From NCBI GenBank assembly GCA_000320545.1, contig ADNK01001131.1, forward strand, positions 1-64,000: 64,000 nucleotides of DNA, given 5' to 3'. The notes beneath the pieces were generated by a model that was given only the letters and a program-made list of their open reading frames with translations, did not search any database and was not told the origin of the DNA. Below, in pieces: positions 52,300 through 64,000 of the stretch (position 1 is its first letter; each line of letters opens with the position of its first letter). This stretch comes from Bigelowiella natans CCMP2755. Its lineage: Eukaryota; Protista; Cercozoa. A program made the translations under genes and the position numbers.

Positions 52300-52527
52300 G
52301 TTCTCCTCTCCCCTCCTCCTCTAACCCACTCTTTTGCTTTTGTTGTTGTTGCTGCTGATCCATTCCCAAGGTTGAGCTCAAGGCTATCGAAGGCAGACCA
52401 ATTCCCCGGAAAAATCATCAAATCTACAAATGTGAGTAATATTATCAGTAGTAGTATCTGGGCAGTGAGCATCGATCGATTGTTGTTGCTGCTGTCATGC
52501 TGATTAAAACGATATGATCCAGATTTG

Positions 52528-52566
<39 letters not shown>

Positions 52567-53282
52567 CAGCTATCATTATCATGTATTGAAAGAACAAGCT
52601 CTCTGAGATGATGATCATCGTACTATGCAGGTCTCGGCATCGTTGAGAAGGGTGTAGACAGGATATTGGTGGAATATGGCCACTTTGATGAACAAGAGGC
52701 GCTAGCAGCAGCAGCAGCAGAAGAAGAAGAGGAAGAAGTAAAGAAGAAGGAGGATCCAAAACAACAGCAGCAACATCGCACACAAACTACTCAAATTGCT
52801 AAAAAAGAGGGAGGAGGAGGAGGAGGAGGAGGAGGAGTAAGACCAAGCAGCGGCAGCAAGAAGCATAATAATCATCTTCTTCCGGTTAAAGCCATTGAGC
52901 TCCTTCGGCAAGCACAAGTTGCAAACAGAGCTCTGTAATTGATATGTGCTATTCAATATATGTAACAAAGAAGGAATTCCTATTCCCCATATATACCTAA
53001 ATACTACTTCTACTACTACTACTACAAAAGAAGAAGAAGAAGAAGAAGAAGAGTCATTCCTACAAGATGTACTATCATAGTTTTGGTTATTTAAACTCAA
53101 GCTCTTCCTCCCCTCTTTCATATGATACTGTGTGGGTATGTGTTTGCCTTTGTGCAGCCGTGGAGGAGTGCTAGATGTCGTTCTGTCAAAGGCAAAAGCG
53201 CAAATAATGAAGATGATTGAGCAGATACACAACGAAGCTTTTTACAGGCCAAATCCAACAAAAACCACCTCCAAAGTCACTA

Positions 53283-53319
<37 letters not shown>

Positions 53320-53632
53320 ACTACTATATCCCCTTCGTATTACAATCTGCTACCCACAGACACACACAAACACACTTGTGTATTATTGTAATTTAAGATG
53401 ACGTTTTTTTTATGATGTTTAATGATGACAATGATGATGAGAAGACACCCATTATTATTATTATTTATTATTATTATTATTTATTATCGGCCATCATCCA
53501 TGATGGCGTCCTGGTGTCTTCTTTCTCAGTATATGCGCCGCATTGTCCGTTGGAGCGAAACATTTGCACGTGAAACGGTGATATATGGCTATAAATAGTA
53601 GCAGCAGTAAGTAGTAGCAGTAGCAGCAGGGT

Positions 53633-53672
<40 letters not shown>

Positions 53673-54666
53673 TAGAGTCTAAAGTAGTATATTGTACTGC
53701 TACTACTACTACTACTAACTACTACTACTACTACTACTAACACTAACACTTCTGATTCTAATACTAGCGCTGCTGCTGCTGCTGCTGTAAGATCAAATTA
53801 TCTCTCTCTGCTTTTGTCTGAATACATTTCTTCTTCTTCTTCTTTTTCTCCTCCTCCTCGTTGTTGTGCTTGTTCTTCTACTTCTTGTTGTTGTTGCTGT
53901 TCTTGCTGCATGCAGCTCTCTCGATATAAGATCTCAAATCCAGCACCGGTTGTAATCATGGAGGTAGTGATATTCGTTGTACTCCTTCTTTCTCATTGTA
54001 ATTATACTAATACTAATAATCATGATCATTTATTGTGCCCCTCCTTCTCTAGATGCAACGTGTACGATTAGAGCTTGGAAATTATGTCGCTAGCACATTT
54101 ATGCGTAATGCATCTCTGATCTCGGTACTAGTAAGTAGTAGTGAGTAGTGAGTTGTAGAAGCAGTAGCATGATGGTAGTGATGATCATCATCATTATCAT
54201 CGATAGTGAGTAGTTATATGTGATTATTATTACTATTATTATTATTATTATTCTTTATTATGATCCTATGCTTATTAGGGTCTTCGAGAAGACGCAAAGT
54301 TGGCTATTGCAAGTGATGTGGCGCAACTAGAGGTAAAAGAACTACTAGTAGTAGTAGTGGTAGTAGGTGTGTGATCAGCCATTCATGACCATCATCTTCA
54401 TCATCAGCAGCATAATTATCCTTCATGATTCTCCCCATTATTAAGTGAGCATGTATATCAATATATATGTATATCCGTTGGTAGGCCGTGTTGCACTTAA
54501 TTGCACCCAAAGAGAGCTTTGCTTTCCCACCAAAGTAGAGGCCACTACCACTACAACTATCATAACGAAAATAAGAAACAAAAACTAGCTCATACATGCC
54601 AAAGCTTGCATGCTGAGTATGGCTCATATCGTCTAAGCCTCCTTTCCTTCATTCATCATCATCATT

Positions 54667-54698
<32 letters not shown>

Positions 54699-54963
54699 AT
54701 GATCACAAAGAAGTGATGGCAATTCATTCTCTGGCGCTACTACAAATCCATGACTAAAATAGGTATTATGCTGATTTGAGGCATTTCAAGAGAATTTTGT
54801 TCCTCGATGAGAAGGTCTGTTATGATGATGATAATGACGCTGATTATGATGGTGGAGGAGGAGGAGAAGAAAAGGATGTGATAATATAATATTTTGACGG
54901 TGTCGTACGCTGCAAGTTTTAATCTAGAAAGCAAAGCAGTATGGCCTATCACGCATTTGAAAA

Positions 54964-55003
<40 letters not shown>

Positions 55004-55187
55004 CACACATTATGTTTTAACATCTGCAGCTTCTAATACTAAATATCTACCACCAGTAGTGATTGAACAACAAGGTACATTGCATGCTGCTCTTAGGCAA
55101 TCGTGGAGAAAGCATTAGATACGTCTCTCGAGCCTGTCGTCACTACTCAGTTCTTGGTGAGATTTGTTGCTCATGTACAGATAATAT

Positions 55188-55242
<55 letters not shown>

Positions 55243-55650
55243 TACAATCACGAATGATTCGTATCTAATGACATCTTATAACGTCGTCGCCTCACAATAT
55301 TCGGTAATGAGACGAATACGTGTTTCACGGACAACATCCCCCCCCCCCCCCCCTCCTTTCTTCCTCTCCTCCTCCTCCTTCTATTAACCGAGAATAATAT
55401 GAGAGGGAGAGAGAGAGAGAGGAGAGAGATTTAATGGCTGATAAGATAGTGTTTGATTATGGTACTGCTCAACGTCGGTATGATGTGTATTATTAGCTCT
55501 CAAGATTGTCAAATAGAGCTGTTCCCGTGACATGTGTGCCATATAAGGGACGATACGACTATGTTATAACTAGTATTTGCTGCTGCTGCTGCTGCTGGTG
55601 GTGGTGGTGGTAGCTGGCTCAGGAGCAATAGAGAATTATTTGTTGCTTTT

Positions 55651-55693
<43 letters not shown>

Positions 55694-56220
55694 CCTCTGT
55701 TGTTGAACTTTTTGCTTAATCCTTGAATCCTCCTCCGGGCACAGCACACATGTATCTTGTGTTTCTTTTTGTTCTTTATTGAAAAAGGCCCTAGGTACTT
55801 CGATAGGGAAGTATAACCGATGGCTTCAAAGCCATGACTCCAAGATCATCCTGAAAAGACTTGAAAAACTTGTGGATGAAGAGGTACTGCAAATCTAAAG
55901 CAATAGACGATTAATGCCGACTGCCATATTATCCTTCGTCACAGTTTAAACCGAAAGTACTGATCTTCTTCTACATAAAGTCATCGTGTTCAACTACATC
56001 CTCTTCCTCCTCTCTTCTTTTCAATATATATCCTTAGATTCGCTCGAAAATCAGAGATGGCCGTGCTCTCTCGAGCGCCAGCATGAAGCAAGCTAATTCT
56101 AGTTTAGGTTTGGTGGTAGAATACATTGGGAAGTGTTTGCAGAGTAGTAGTACCACAGCAACATCTTTTGGTTCTGCTCCTGCTTCATCAGAGGTTATTC
56201 TGCAGCAAAGTGTGAGCTAA
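47289..56220 (+). CDS. COG5: Conserved oligomeric Golgi complex subunit 5 (multi-exon)
   Basis: RVIKPY, DLSGIDVV, ALNQSEIGSFLQCFYFLG, LW.RLD, VYNLQQVLIKKR|D, FW, EYPRLL, and the C-terminal S..KYNRWLQSH motif. Confidence 0.85.
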
Positions 56221-56389
56221 CAGCGTGGGTGAAGGTCAAAAGGATACGATCATGTTGTACCTAGGCCCGCATTAAGAGTCAATGAAAAAGGCATTGTTAA
56301 GCGTTCGACGCGAAGCTCTTGCTGTGACTCTGAAAATGTTAACTTACGCTGTGGAAGCAGTTTAACAGTGCCTGATCATGCTGTGTGCA

Positions 56390-56760
56390 GCTTTGCACAG
56401 CCCTTTTGCGTGAGCGAGTGGAGTTGGCTAGCAGGGGCGGCTGGCAACACATTTACTTCTGTCTTGGGGCCATGCTGTCTAGATGTACGACTAAGTGCGC
56501 ATTTTAGCAAAAGCTAAGCTATTTTAAGTCAACGCTCGCTACAGCTTCACACATACTAGCTAGCTAGCATAATTACAATGACGATCGAAGTTTCCTGACT
56601 GATGTGTCACACATGCGTGCTTGAACCATGCATACGTTTAGAGGCCTTCGGTCTATAAATGCAGCTAACAGCGCTTGTCACCGCCCAAGAGTATACATCA
56701 CACGTTCTGCAAGCGTGAGCAAGCTAGCTAGCTAGCTAGGGCAGTAGCGCCACATAATTT
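56390..56760. other. CTAG-rich island between convergent COG5 and CWC25
   Basis: ACTAGCTAGCTAGC at ~56555 and AGCTAGCTAGCTAGCTAGG at ~56722. Confidence 0.55.
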
Positions 56761-56930
56761 GCGATTGATTTATGGTGTTCAAATGGTTTTCGGAACTTTA
56801 CATGGTCAACATGTTCATCGCACGGAAGCCATCACGAGCCGCAGAGAATGGTGACATCATGATGATATTAATGCTAACACTAACTGGATCAGGGGCTTCA
56901 AAATGCGTCATTAAGTTGAGACTGTCTGAT

Positions 56931-58611
56931 TCAGAGAAAGTTCTCTGAGCTCAGCGCGTCTCCTCCTTTTTGGCGATAGTGTTGGTGTTTCTTTAGACGC
57001 TCCTGGAGATCTTCCTTGCCGGAGTAGATTGTCTAACATCCACCAAATAAAACGGGTTAGAATTGATAATCACATTTCAGATTAAGAAGGGGTATTGATT
57101 ATTGACCTTATTCATTTTTCTTATGAAACTGGCATCACTGGCATTTGAATGTTTTTTCTTTTCATCGCGTTCTTCTTGGATAGCCTTCTCCTTCGCCTTT
57201 CTTACTCTCTCCAGTTTGGAGTCCTCGTGTGCCTCTGCATCATCTTGCATCTCTCGGAGTTTTGCCAGTCTTTCTTCGCGGGTAAGCTTTCGCTTAGGAC
57301 GACGTTGCGAATCCTCATCCCCACTACTGTGATCTTGAATCTCATCTCTATGAGCTCCTCCTCCTCCTCGTCGAGAGGCTCTATCCCGCTTATTATTACG
57401 CTCTCTGTTGTATCTATCACGTGATGCAGATCGATCTCTGCGACGATAGGATCTCTCACGACGATATCCTCGTCGATCTTCTCTTTCCCTTTTCCTACCG
57501 TTTCTGCTGTTGCCACTGCGCCGACTGTCTTTATGCTCTCTCGATCTTGATCGCTCGCGTCGTCTATGATGCGTATTATCTCGACGACCTCGTCCCTGCT
57601 GTTCATCGCCACTGGAAATTCTTGTTGGGCTTGCTGATTGAGCTCTTACAGGGGGTGGGGATGCATTCGGATTGAGGATTAGACCGTATTTGTTTCCCGA
57701 GGAAGCAGGTGGCAATGCTCTGGGAGGAGGATCATCCCCACCGTCGTAGTGCCCTTCAAGATCTCTATCAGATCCCGATTCGGATTGACCCTCCCCATTT
57801 TTTTCTCGCTTTTCTTTCTTTGCTCTCTTCTTTTCCTTTTTACGATCCTTTTTCCTTTTTTTCTTCTCCTTTTTTGACTGCTTCTTGCGAAATTTTTTAA
57901 GCTTACGTAACTCCTTAGCTCTAGACTCTATTTTCTCCATCTGCACTGGATTGTTCAGCACAGCGGCTCTTGCTGCCTGCTCGCGATGCATTATTGCTAC
58001 GAGAGGATCTTCCCTCAATCGTGCGCGTTCTTCCATCTCCTCGTTCGCTTTCTTGTTCAGGAACACTGAGCCTATTCCGCCCTTCTTCTCCATCTTGAGT
58101 ATGTCATCCTCTTCCCCTCCAAGGTTTCCTTCGTATTTCTTGCCAAGTAAATATTCTTCGCTGGTGGGTCCTTGGGCATGGACACCTTCATACATCCAAT
58201 CAACTCGTTCGCCATGAGTCTTACTGAATCAGAGGGAGAAGAAGAGGGGGAAGGAGTTAGTGAAGGATACCAAAATACATCATTTTCATCTTTACGTACA
58301 TGTTGAGTCCTGAAGCAGCCTGCAGTCTACGCAATTCTTCAATCTGCCTCTCCTCCTCCCTTTCCTTACGCAGTTGTTCCATCTTCTTCTGCTCAGCCTT
58401 CTGCTTCTGCTCAGCCTTCCACACCCGCTCAGCATTCTACGAGTATGAGAACTATTTTAGCGTGTTTGAATTCATGTTGTCCCAATGCATGTAATGTTAT
58501 TGACTAGATGAAATTGAAAGTTTATCATTAGCTCAATATTCAAACAAATAGACATCATACCCGTATCGTGGCCGTATGCCAACTCTTCTTATTCAAGAAA
58601 GCTAAAGACAT
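56931..58611 (-). CDS. CWC25: Pre-mRNA splicing factor CWC25
   Basis: MSLAFLNKKSWHTATIR|NAERVWKAEQ...EERQIEEL, RVDWMY, EEYLLGK, REDPLVAI, KLTREERLAKLREMQDDA. Confidence 0.92.
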
Positions 58612-59160
58612 TTTCTCTGTATCGTCTCGTCAATGGACGCGTCAAGTCAGTGAGGAGGTCGGTCTTCCGCTTTAAGATCGAGAGTGGCGAATTTACAAAA
58701 GATAAAGCTAAATAATCCGGATATATCAGCATTCTTACTGAATATTTTAGATAAATAGTGGCAAATAGAAAACAAAATACATGATATTTGATCGTTAATA
58801 AATCTCAAATATACCCGCACGTATGTTAGTAAGACCTATATCCAGCTTCTTGACCGGTAAAAAGAACGAAAGCCATGCGGTTCACTGATATTCGTTCCAA
58901 AGGCCGATTTATTATTTCCATCATTCAAAAAGTCGGCTCAAGGCGCCCCCCCTCGCACCTCTCTGCCACTTGATTTGACCTGTTAGTCCTCGATGTGTTG
59001 TTTCAGTGTCAGAATTAGAAATACCCTATCCACGTAAAGTCTAAGTGTTAATTCAATGATCGAAATGAAGTCACACGTGTAAGAAAATCTGATAAACTGC
59101 TACTCTTCCTCAGTCAATCCGAGCTAATCGTACTCTTTCTATTGTTGATGATAGGAGGAA
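58612..59160. promoter_or_regulatory. Probable bidirectional promoter between CWC25 and the CX9C gene
   Basis: About 550-bp microsatellite-free spacer between divergent start codons; positional inference only. Confidence 0.4.
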
Positions 59161-59162
59161 CT

Positions 59163-59681
59163 ATGTCATATCCTTACGCTTCTAAGGACGCTACTCCTTC
59201 GCATGCAGACTACATCGTAAAAGTGATGACAGAGAGCTTCTGCGGCACGCAGCTCGACAGGATTCAGCGTTGCGAGAGTGCAGCAACTCCAGACCCGCTG
59301 GAGTGTAAGCTGCCTCTCAACTCGCTCAAGAAGTGCGAATTTTTCCTGTGAGTGAAATCTTTACGTAGCACTAATCCAATGATATAACGTATATCTCTTG
59401 CTCTAAGTCCTAACTCTGATCCATCATTTTTCACAGTGCCAGGAACATCGCTAAGACTTGCAATCCTCAATTCATGGATTTGACGAAGTGTATGAAAACG
59501 AAAGATACTCAAGCTTGCCAAATGGAATATGACACAATGTATAAGTGTTTCATGAGGAACATTAGGTCAGGAGGATCGACTAAGTATTAATGATTCTTCT
59601 CATTGTCTTGTCGTCCCTGATATTATGCTCAGATTAGCTAGATACGATGACCTATCCTTCAAGGGAGAGCAAACCCCATGA
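59163..59681 (+). CDS. Four-CX9C mitochondrial intermembrane-space protein (NDUFA8- or CHCHD5/Mix14-like), 3 exons
   Basis: CGTQLDRIQRC, CKLPLNSLKKC, CNPQFMDLTKC and CQMEYDTMYKC; DP..C before the second motif as in NDUFA8. Confidence 0.75.
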
Positions 59682-59779
59682 ATTTTTGCATTATGTTGCA
59701 TATATCCGATGCATCACCCATGTCGCAAATTGTACATGGTGCTTGATTTGATTCACCCTTAATATACTATTGCACATCA

Positions 59780-60450
59780 TACAACTAGAAACAGCACGCA
59801 TTGTATCTAGGTATATGCGTGATGATGATACATGTGAATATGTTTTTGTTTGTGCCTACTCTGCACACATACTAGACATAGCATGCACACGCGCAATTAA
59901 TGCGTAGTTATGTACATACACGGCACAAGGACACGACTAAATGAATAGCATAGCAGGCTGGCGGCGCCCATGTGTGAGTAGCTAGCTAGCTCTTGATGAG
60001 ATTCGAGGGATGAAATGTATAAATTATATATCTTTTGCCAATATGCTATGGTCATCATCCTAATGTAGCTATGCATACAAAGCTGCGCCACCTCTAGACC
60101 TGTATAGCTAGCTAGCAGGTCTAGAGATAGCTACATAGCTAGATAGCTAGATAGGATGCATGCAGCAAGCATGCATCAGCAGAACACAACAAGCATGCTA
60201 GCATGGCTAGCTATTGCCAGAGCTAGGCTAGACCATTTGTGCTAGCTAGCTCTAGAGCTAGTGTGGATCGAAAGAAACGATCATGTGCTCACAAAAAGGC
60301 ACACATACTAGCATCCCTAGATGCAGGGATTGGCGCAGATGTGTTACACACACACATGCACAATTCTAGAATCATGAAGACTGAACCCTCAATCTAGCTG
60401 TGGCATCGTAGGTGATGACGTGTACATGCACCATGTGTGGAATATTGTTT
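59780..60450. other. CTAG/TGCA-rich island between convergent CX9C and PPR genes
   Basis: Roughly 18 CTAG in 59980-60330 by manual count, plus ATGCATGC runs. Confidence 0.75.
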
Positions 60451-60949
60451 TAGCGTACGTACATGTATGTACAGCGCTCATCTACTAGTCCTGATAGCGA
60501 AGTAGTGTAGAATGTCAGCTGCAACAATTGGTTGTTAATCCGGCAGCGTACGGCCAGCTATGACTTGTGCGCACATATATCGCATAGCGTTGCATGCACT
60601 CTCTTTTCATTCATTTTGGCTCGCCCGTGCGGTAAGAATGCTTGCGCAGATAGCAGAGCGTTAGAGCGCATAAACCCCATGCATATGCAATAATAGGCTT
60701 GCGTCGTAGTCATCTAGTCATACCCGCCATACGCTGTAGCTGCTGCTTTGTATAGCTACATTAGGATGACAATTGAAAAGATTTAATCACTTCATTACAT
60801 CCGTCTCATACCCTCCATACGACCACTTCTTGGAGCTAATTTCCCCCCCTACGATATTATGTCACAATCGCAGCATCATTATGCAAATAATAGGTACGTG
60901 AGTCGAACGTGTTTGATCGTATACCATACGATCTGAAAGGCATTACGTG

Positions 60950-63205
60950 TTAGTTTTCGGTGCCAGTGCTGTTTTTTTTAACAGCAGCGAAGGCTTGATC
61001 CTCTCGTCGACGTGTGTATGCAGCAATCAATATATCGTAGGTTTGAGAATCTGATGACATTTAGCAGGAAATAAATGTCAGTTGAAGTTTCATTCAGCAT
61101 AAACTATGGGTTCAAGCAGCATCAACACGGTAATAAAGAAGGATATAAGGTTGCATCTTATGTTTCATCTTGGTGTACAATAATGGGGAAACACTTCCAA
61201 AAGTACAGTCAAGAATCTTCTCTAGTATAACTTGAATCGAAAGATATTAGAGAATTATTTACAGTTTATTTTTCAATTTTGTATTCATACTTATGCTCAT
61301 TTTTATCATCACTATGAATATATTTACCTGGTTGTGTGCCTCCTTGAAGCATAGCGTCGAAGAGCTCAAGCGCCCGGTTCCATTCGCCTTTACTGGAGTG
61401 CACTTGCATAACGCTGTTATAAGCATTGAGCTCCACAGAGACATTTTCTCGCTTCATACGACTGAAGAGTTCAAGGCACTTGTCCCATAAGAACCTCTCC
61501 CTTGACAGGACTTCCAACACTAAACTGTATAAGTGCGGTGGCGGCGATCTAGGGAGTATCTCGTGCAAAACCTTGAGTGTGTCCTCCCAGCGCCCTAGCT
61601 GGCTTTGTGCATTTACGAGAAGCTCACCAACATTACCATCTGCTGCATGTAGAACTTCTCCCGTAGGAAACGTATTGAACACATCGATTGCTGCCTCATA
61701 CCTGTATGTTTACACCCAACCCACACACAAAAGCACATGAAAAAGCAAGCAAATACAATATTATGTATATATGATGAACACTATAATAAGGCGTACTACT
61801 CCCCAATGACGAAACATGCAAACTCTCTGATTCCGTTTTCATGAATAATGATAAAGATTTTGAAGTTTTCCCCACATCACCATCACCATCATCATCATCA
61901 TCATAATCATTACTGGGCTGCCTGTTCACATGCCCTCATTACAGCAATGCAGGTCTTCGTGTCTCGAGGCACATTCTTCCTTTGCATCTCCTTCATTAGC
62001 TCAATGGCGATCTGCCAACGAGTTGGAGAGCTACGAGAAATAGCAGTGATTAATGTATTGTAAAGCTGTGTATCAGGGTCCAGAGAGTCACGTTGCATTC
62101 CTTCAAATGTATCCAAAGCGACCTGCCACCTCCCAGCCCTTCCTGCACAATTAATGAACGCAGCGTATGTCATTGCATCTTTCCGTACGCTCATGCTGCG
62201 AAAGAGCCGACGACACATTCCAAGATCGGCGCTGAACGATTACAAAAGATTGTAAGAGTTAGTACGTATTGATTGTGGTGATGACGATGATGATGATGGT
62301 AATGGATGATGATAATCTTCGACTACAGCAAGTTTTCGTACCAATTTATAACATGATACGTTCGGCCAATGATGCCACAAATAATCGCGGCATATTCATT
62401 CATCATTCCGACTATTAGATAGATGTCAAACTCTGTTGTTACTACTACTGATCCTCCTACTACTACTGCTACTGATACTACTACTACTGCTACTACTACC
62501 CGTGTTCGAAGGCAGACAGCAGCGCATTGTACGTGACGACGTTAGGTGGTACTTCGTCATCCTGCATTTGACGATAGGCACGTAAAGCTCTTGTCCAGTG
62601 TTCTTGCGCACATGCCGAGATGAGTGTGTTGTATGCAGTCACATCAGGCCTAATCGCTGACATTTGCATCTCGAGGAACACTGCCGTCGCCGCGTTTGCA
62701 GCACCTTGAGGGATTATTGAGCAGACCGATATGAGGGTCTTATACGACACATCATTGGCTCGGACAGATGACTGAAGCATGTGAGAGAATGTTCGTAAAG
62801 CCGCTCTCCAATCTCCTCTTTCCTTATGGAACTTGATGTGCTTCGTGAAGCTGACAACATCCATTCTGATACCGGAGTTTATCATGGTGTTGAAGGTCTG
62901 TATACCCTCATCGAATCGCTCGGCTTCCTCACACGCAGTGATAAGAAAATCGTAAGTGTATTTGTTTGATCGGATCATCGCATTATTCATTTCCTGTACA
63001 ACACCAAATGCCTTCTCCCTCTGTCCCCTCTGAGCGAACGCGTTAATTCTTAAATTATACGAAATCACATCGGCTCGGATGCGATCTCTCTGCATTTCCT
63101 TGAACAGCCATTCAGCACTAATGAATCATAATTATTACAACAGAGAACGTAAGCTTAGAAGAGAGGAAGAAGATAGTGTTGATGGCAGACATACATACAC
63201 ACATG

Positions 63206-63271
<66 letters not shown>

Positions 63272-64000
63272 TGGTGCGCATACCCTTCTGAGTTCTTGTC
63301 AGCGGCCTGCATCGCAATAACCGTGTTGTATGTGAAGATATTGAGCCTGACAGCCTTGTTCTTCATCTGTTCGAAGAGATCCATGGCGTCACCCCATTGA
63401 TGACTCTTCGCATATACACCAATGAGTGCATTGTAGGTGCTCGTGTCTCTTCTCATGCCCAAAGAATCCATTCTATCACAGACCACTTTTGCCTGCTCCA
63501 CATTATTTCCGCATGCACTCAAAAGAGAGGAATATGTAATAGAATCGATGCGCAGAGCTAGTTCAACCATTGTCCCGAGAACTTCCACAGCACGCTGCCA
63601 TTGCTTCCCACGAGATGCCGCGTTGATCAGGGCGGTGTAAACCACTGCATTGAGACGATTGGCAGCGATACTACCATCCTCTCTAGTGTTAAATGTGCTG
63701 CCCCTAATACGACGATCTTCACTGCTGTCATCGCCTTTGTTGCCAATACTAGCACTCATCTTCCTTTTGACTTGTTCTCCGACTTCCAAAGCCATTTCCC
63801 ATTTTGCGCCTCTTGTGTAGCCGTTGATGAGAGTACTGTACGTCGCCGAGTCAGCTTTAAGTCTCGAATTCAACATTTCTCTATATAAGTCTTGCGCTTG
63901 GACCCATTGACCAGAGCGTGCACACGCATTGATAACAGAATTGTAGATGATCGTGTCGGGCCTCACATGAGAATTCAGCATCCCACCTGATGATATGGGG
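60950..64000 (-). CDS. P-type pentatricopeptide repeat protein, 5'-partial
   Basis: Many 35-aa repeats such as PDTIIYNSVINACARSGQWVQAQDLYREM and PDVTAYNTLISACA..HWTRALRAYRQM, across ORFs 63247-63981, 62496-63095, 61910-62218 and 61266-61682. Confidence 0.93.

Noticed and set aside
94-63400. Most short ORFs with poly-S/H/M/Y/I/ER/HT runs
   Set aside because: They are translations of intronic (ATC)n, (AGT)n, (AG)n, (AC)n and (AT)n microsatellites, or antisense shadows of real exons.
1-64000. tRNA, rRNA or snRNA genes; firm taxonomic assignment
   Set aside because: No RNA gene was recognisable by eye. The gene style suggests an intron-rich protist, possibly chlorarachniophyte-like, but this cannot be established from the window.

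Overview
Eukaryotic (protist-type) nuclear DNA with many short exons separated by microsatellite-filled introns; most short ORFs in the supplied track are microsatellite artefacts. Gene models were built by eye from exon fragments, so boundaries are approximate. In order: TPR+SGNH-hydrolase-like gene (+, partial), orphan coding fragments (-), YebC/TACO1 (+), glycine-cleavage H-like protein lacking the lipoyl Lys (-), tandem-WWE/SAM protein (+), TTL-like ligase (-), RmlC-NRS/ER rhamnose-pathway fusion (+), a very young full-length Ty3/Gypsy LTR retrotransposon (40826-46542), COG5 (+), CWC25 (-), a four-CX9C mitochondrial protein (+) and a PPR protein (-, partial). Two things stand out. (1) Discrete intergenic islands downstream of gene 3' ends show TpA systematically replaced by TpG/CpA while CTAG is spared and enriched. 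Fossil (TA)n, (TATAA)n, (AGT)n and (GTTA)n repeats record the change, which points to a localised T:A->C:G hypermutation or base-modification system running opposite to RIP. (2) The Gypsy element sits inside one such island and is still unmutated. Its integrase has a shortened D-x27-E core and ends in a degenerate Dam/DIRS-type adenine-methyltransferase-like domain where a chromodomain would usually be. Its pol is split by a CTT-TGA +1 frame break between RT and RNase H.
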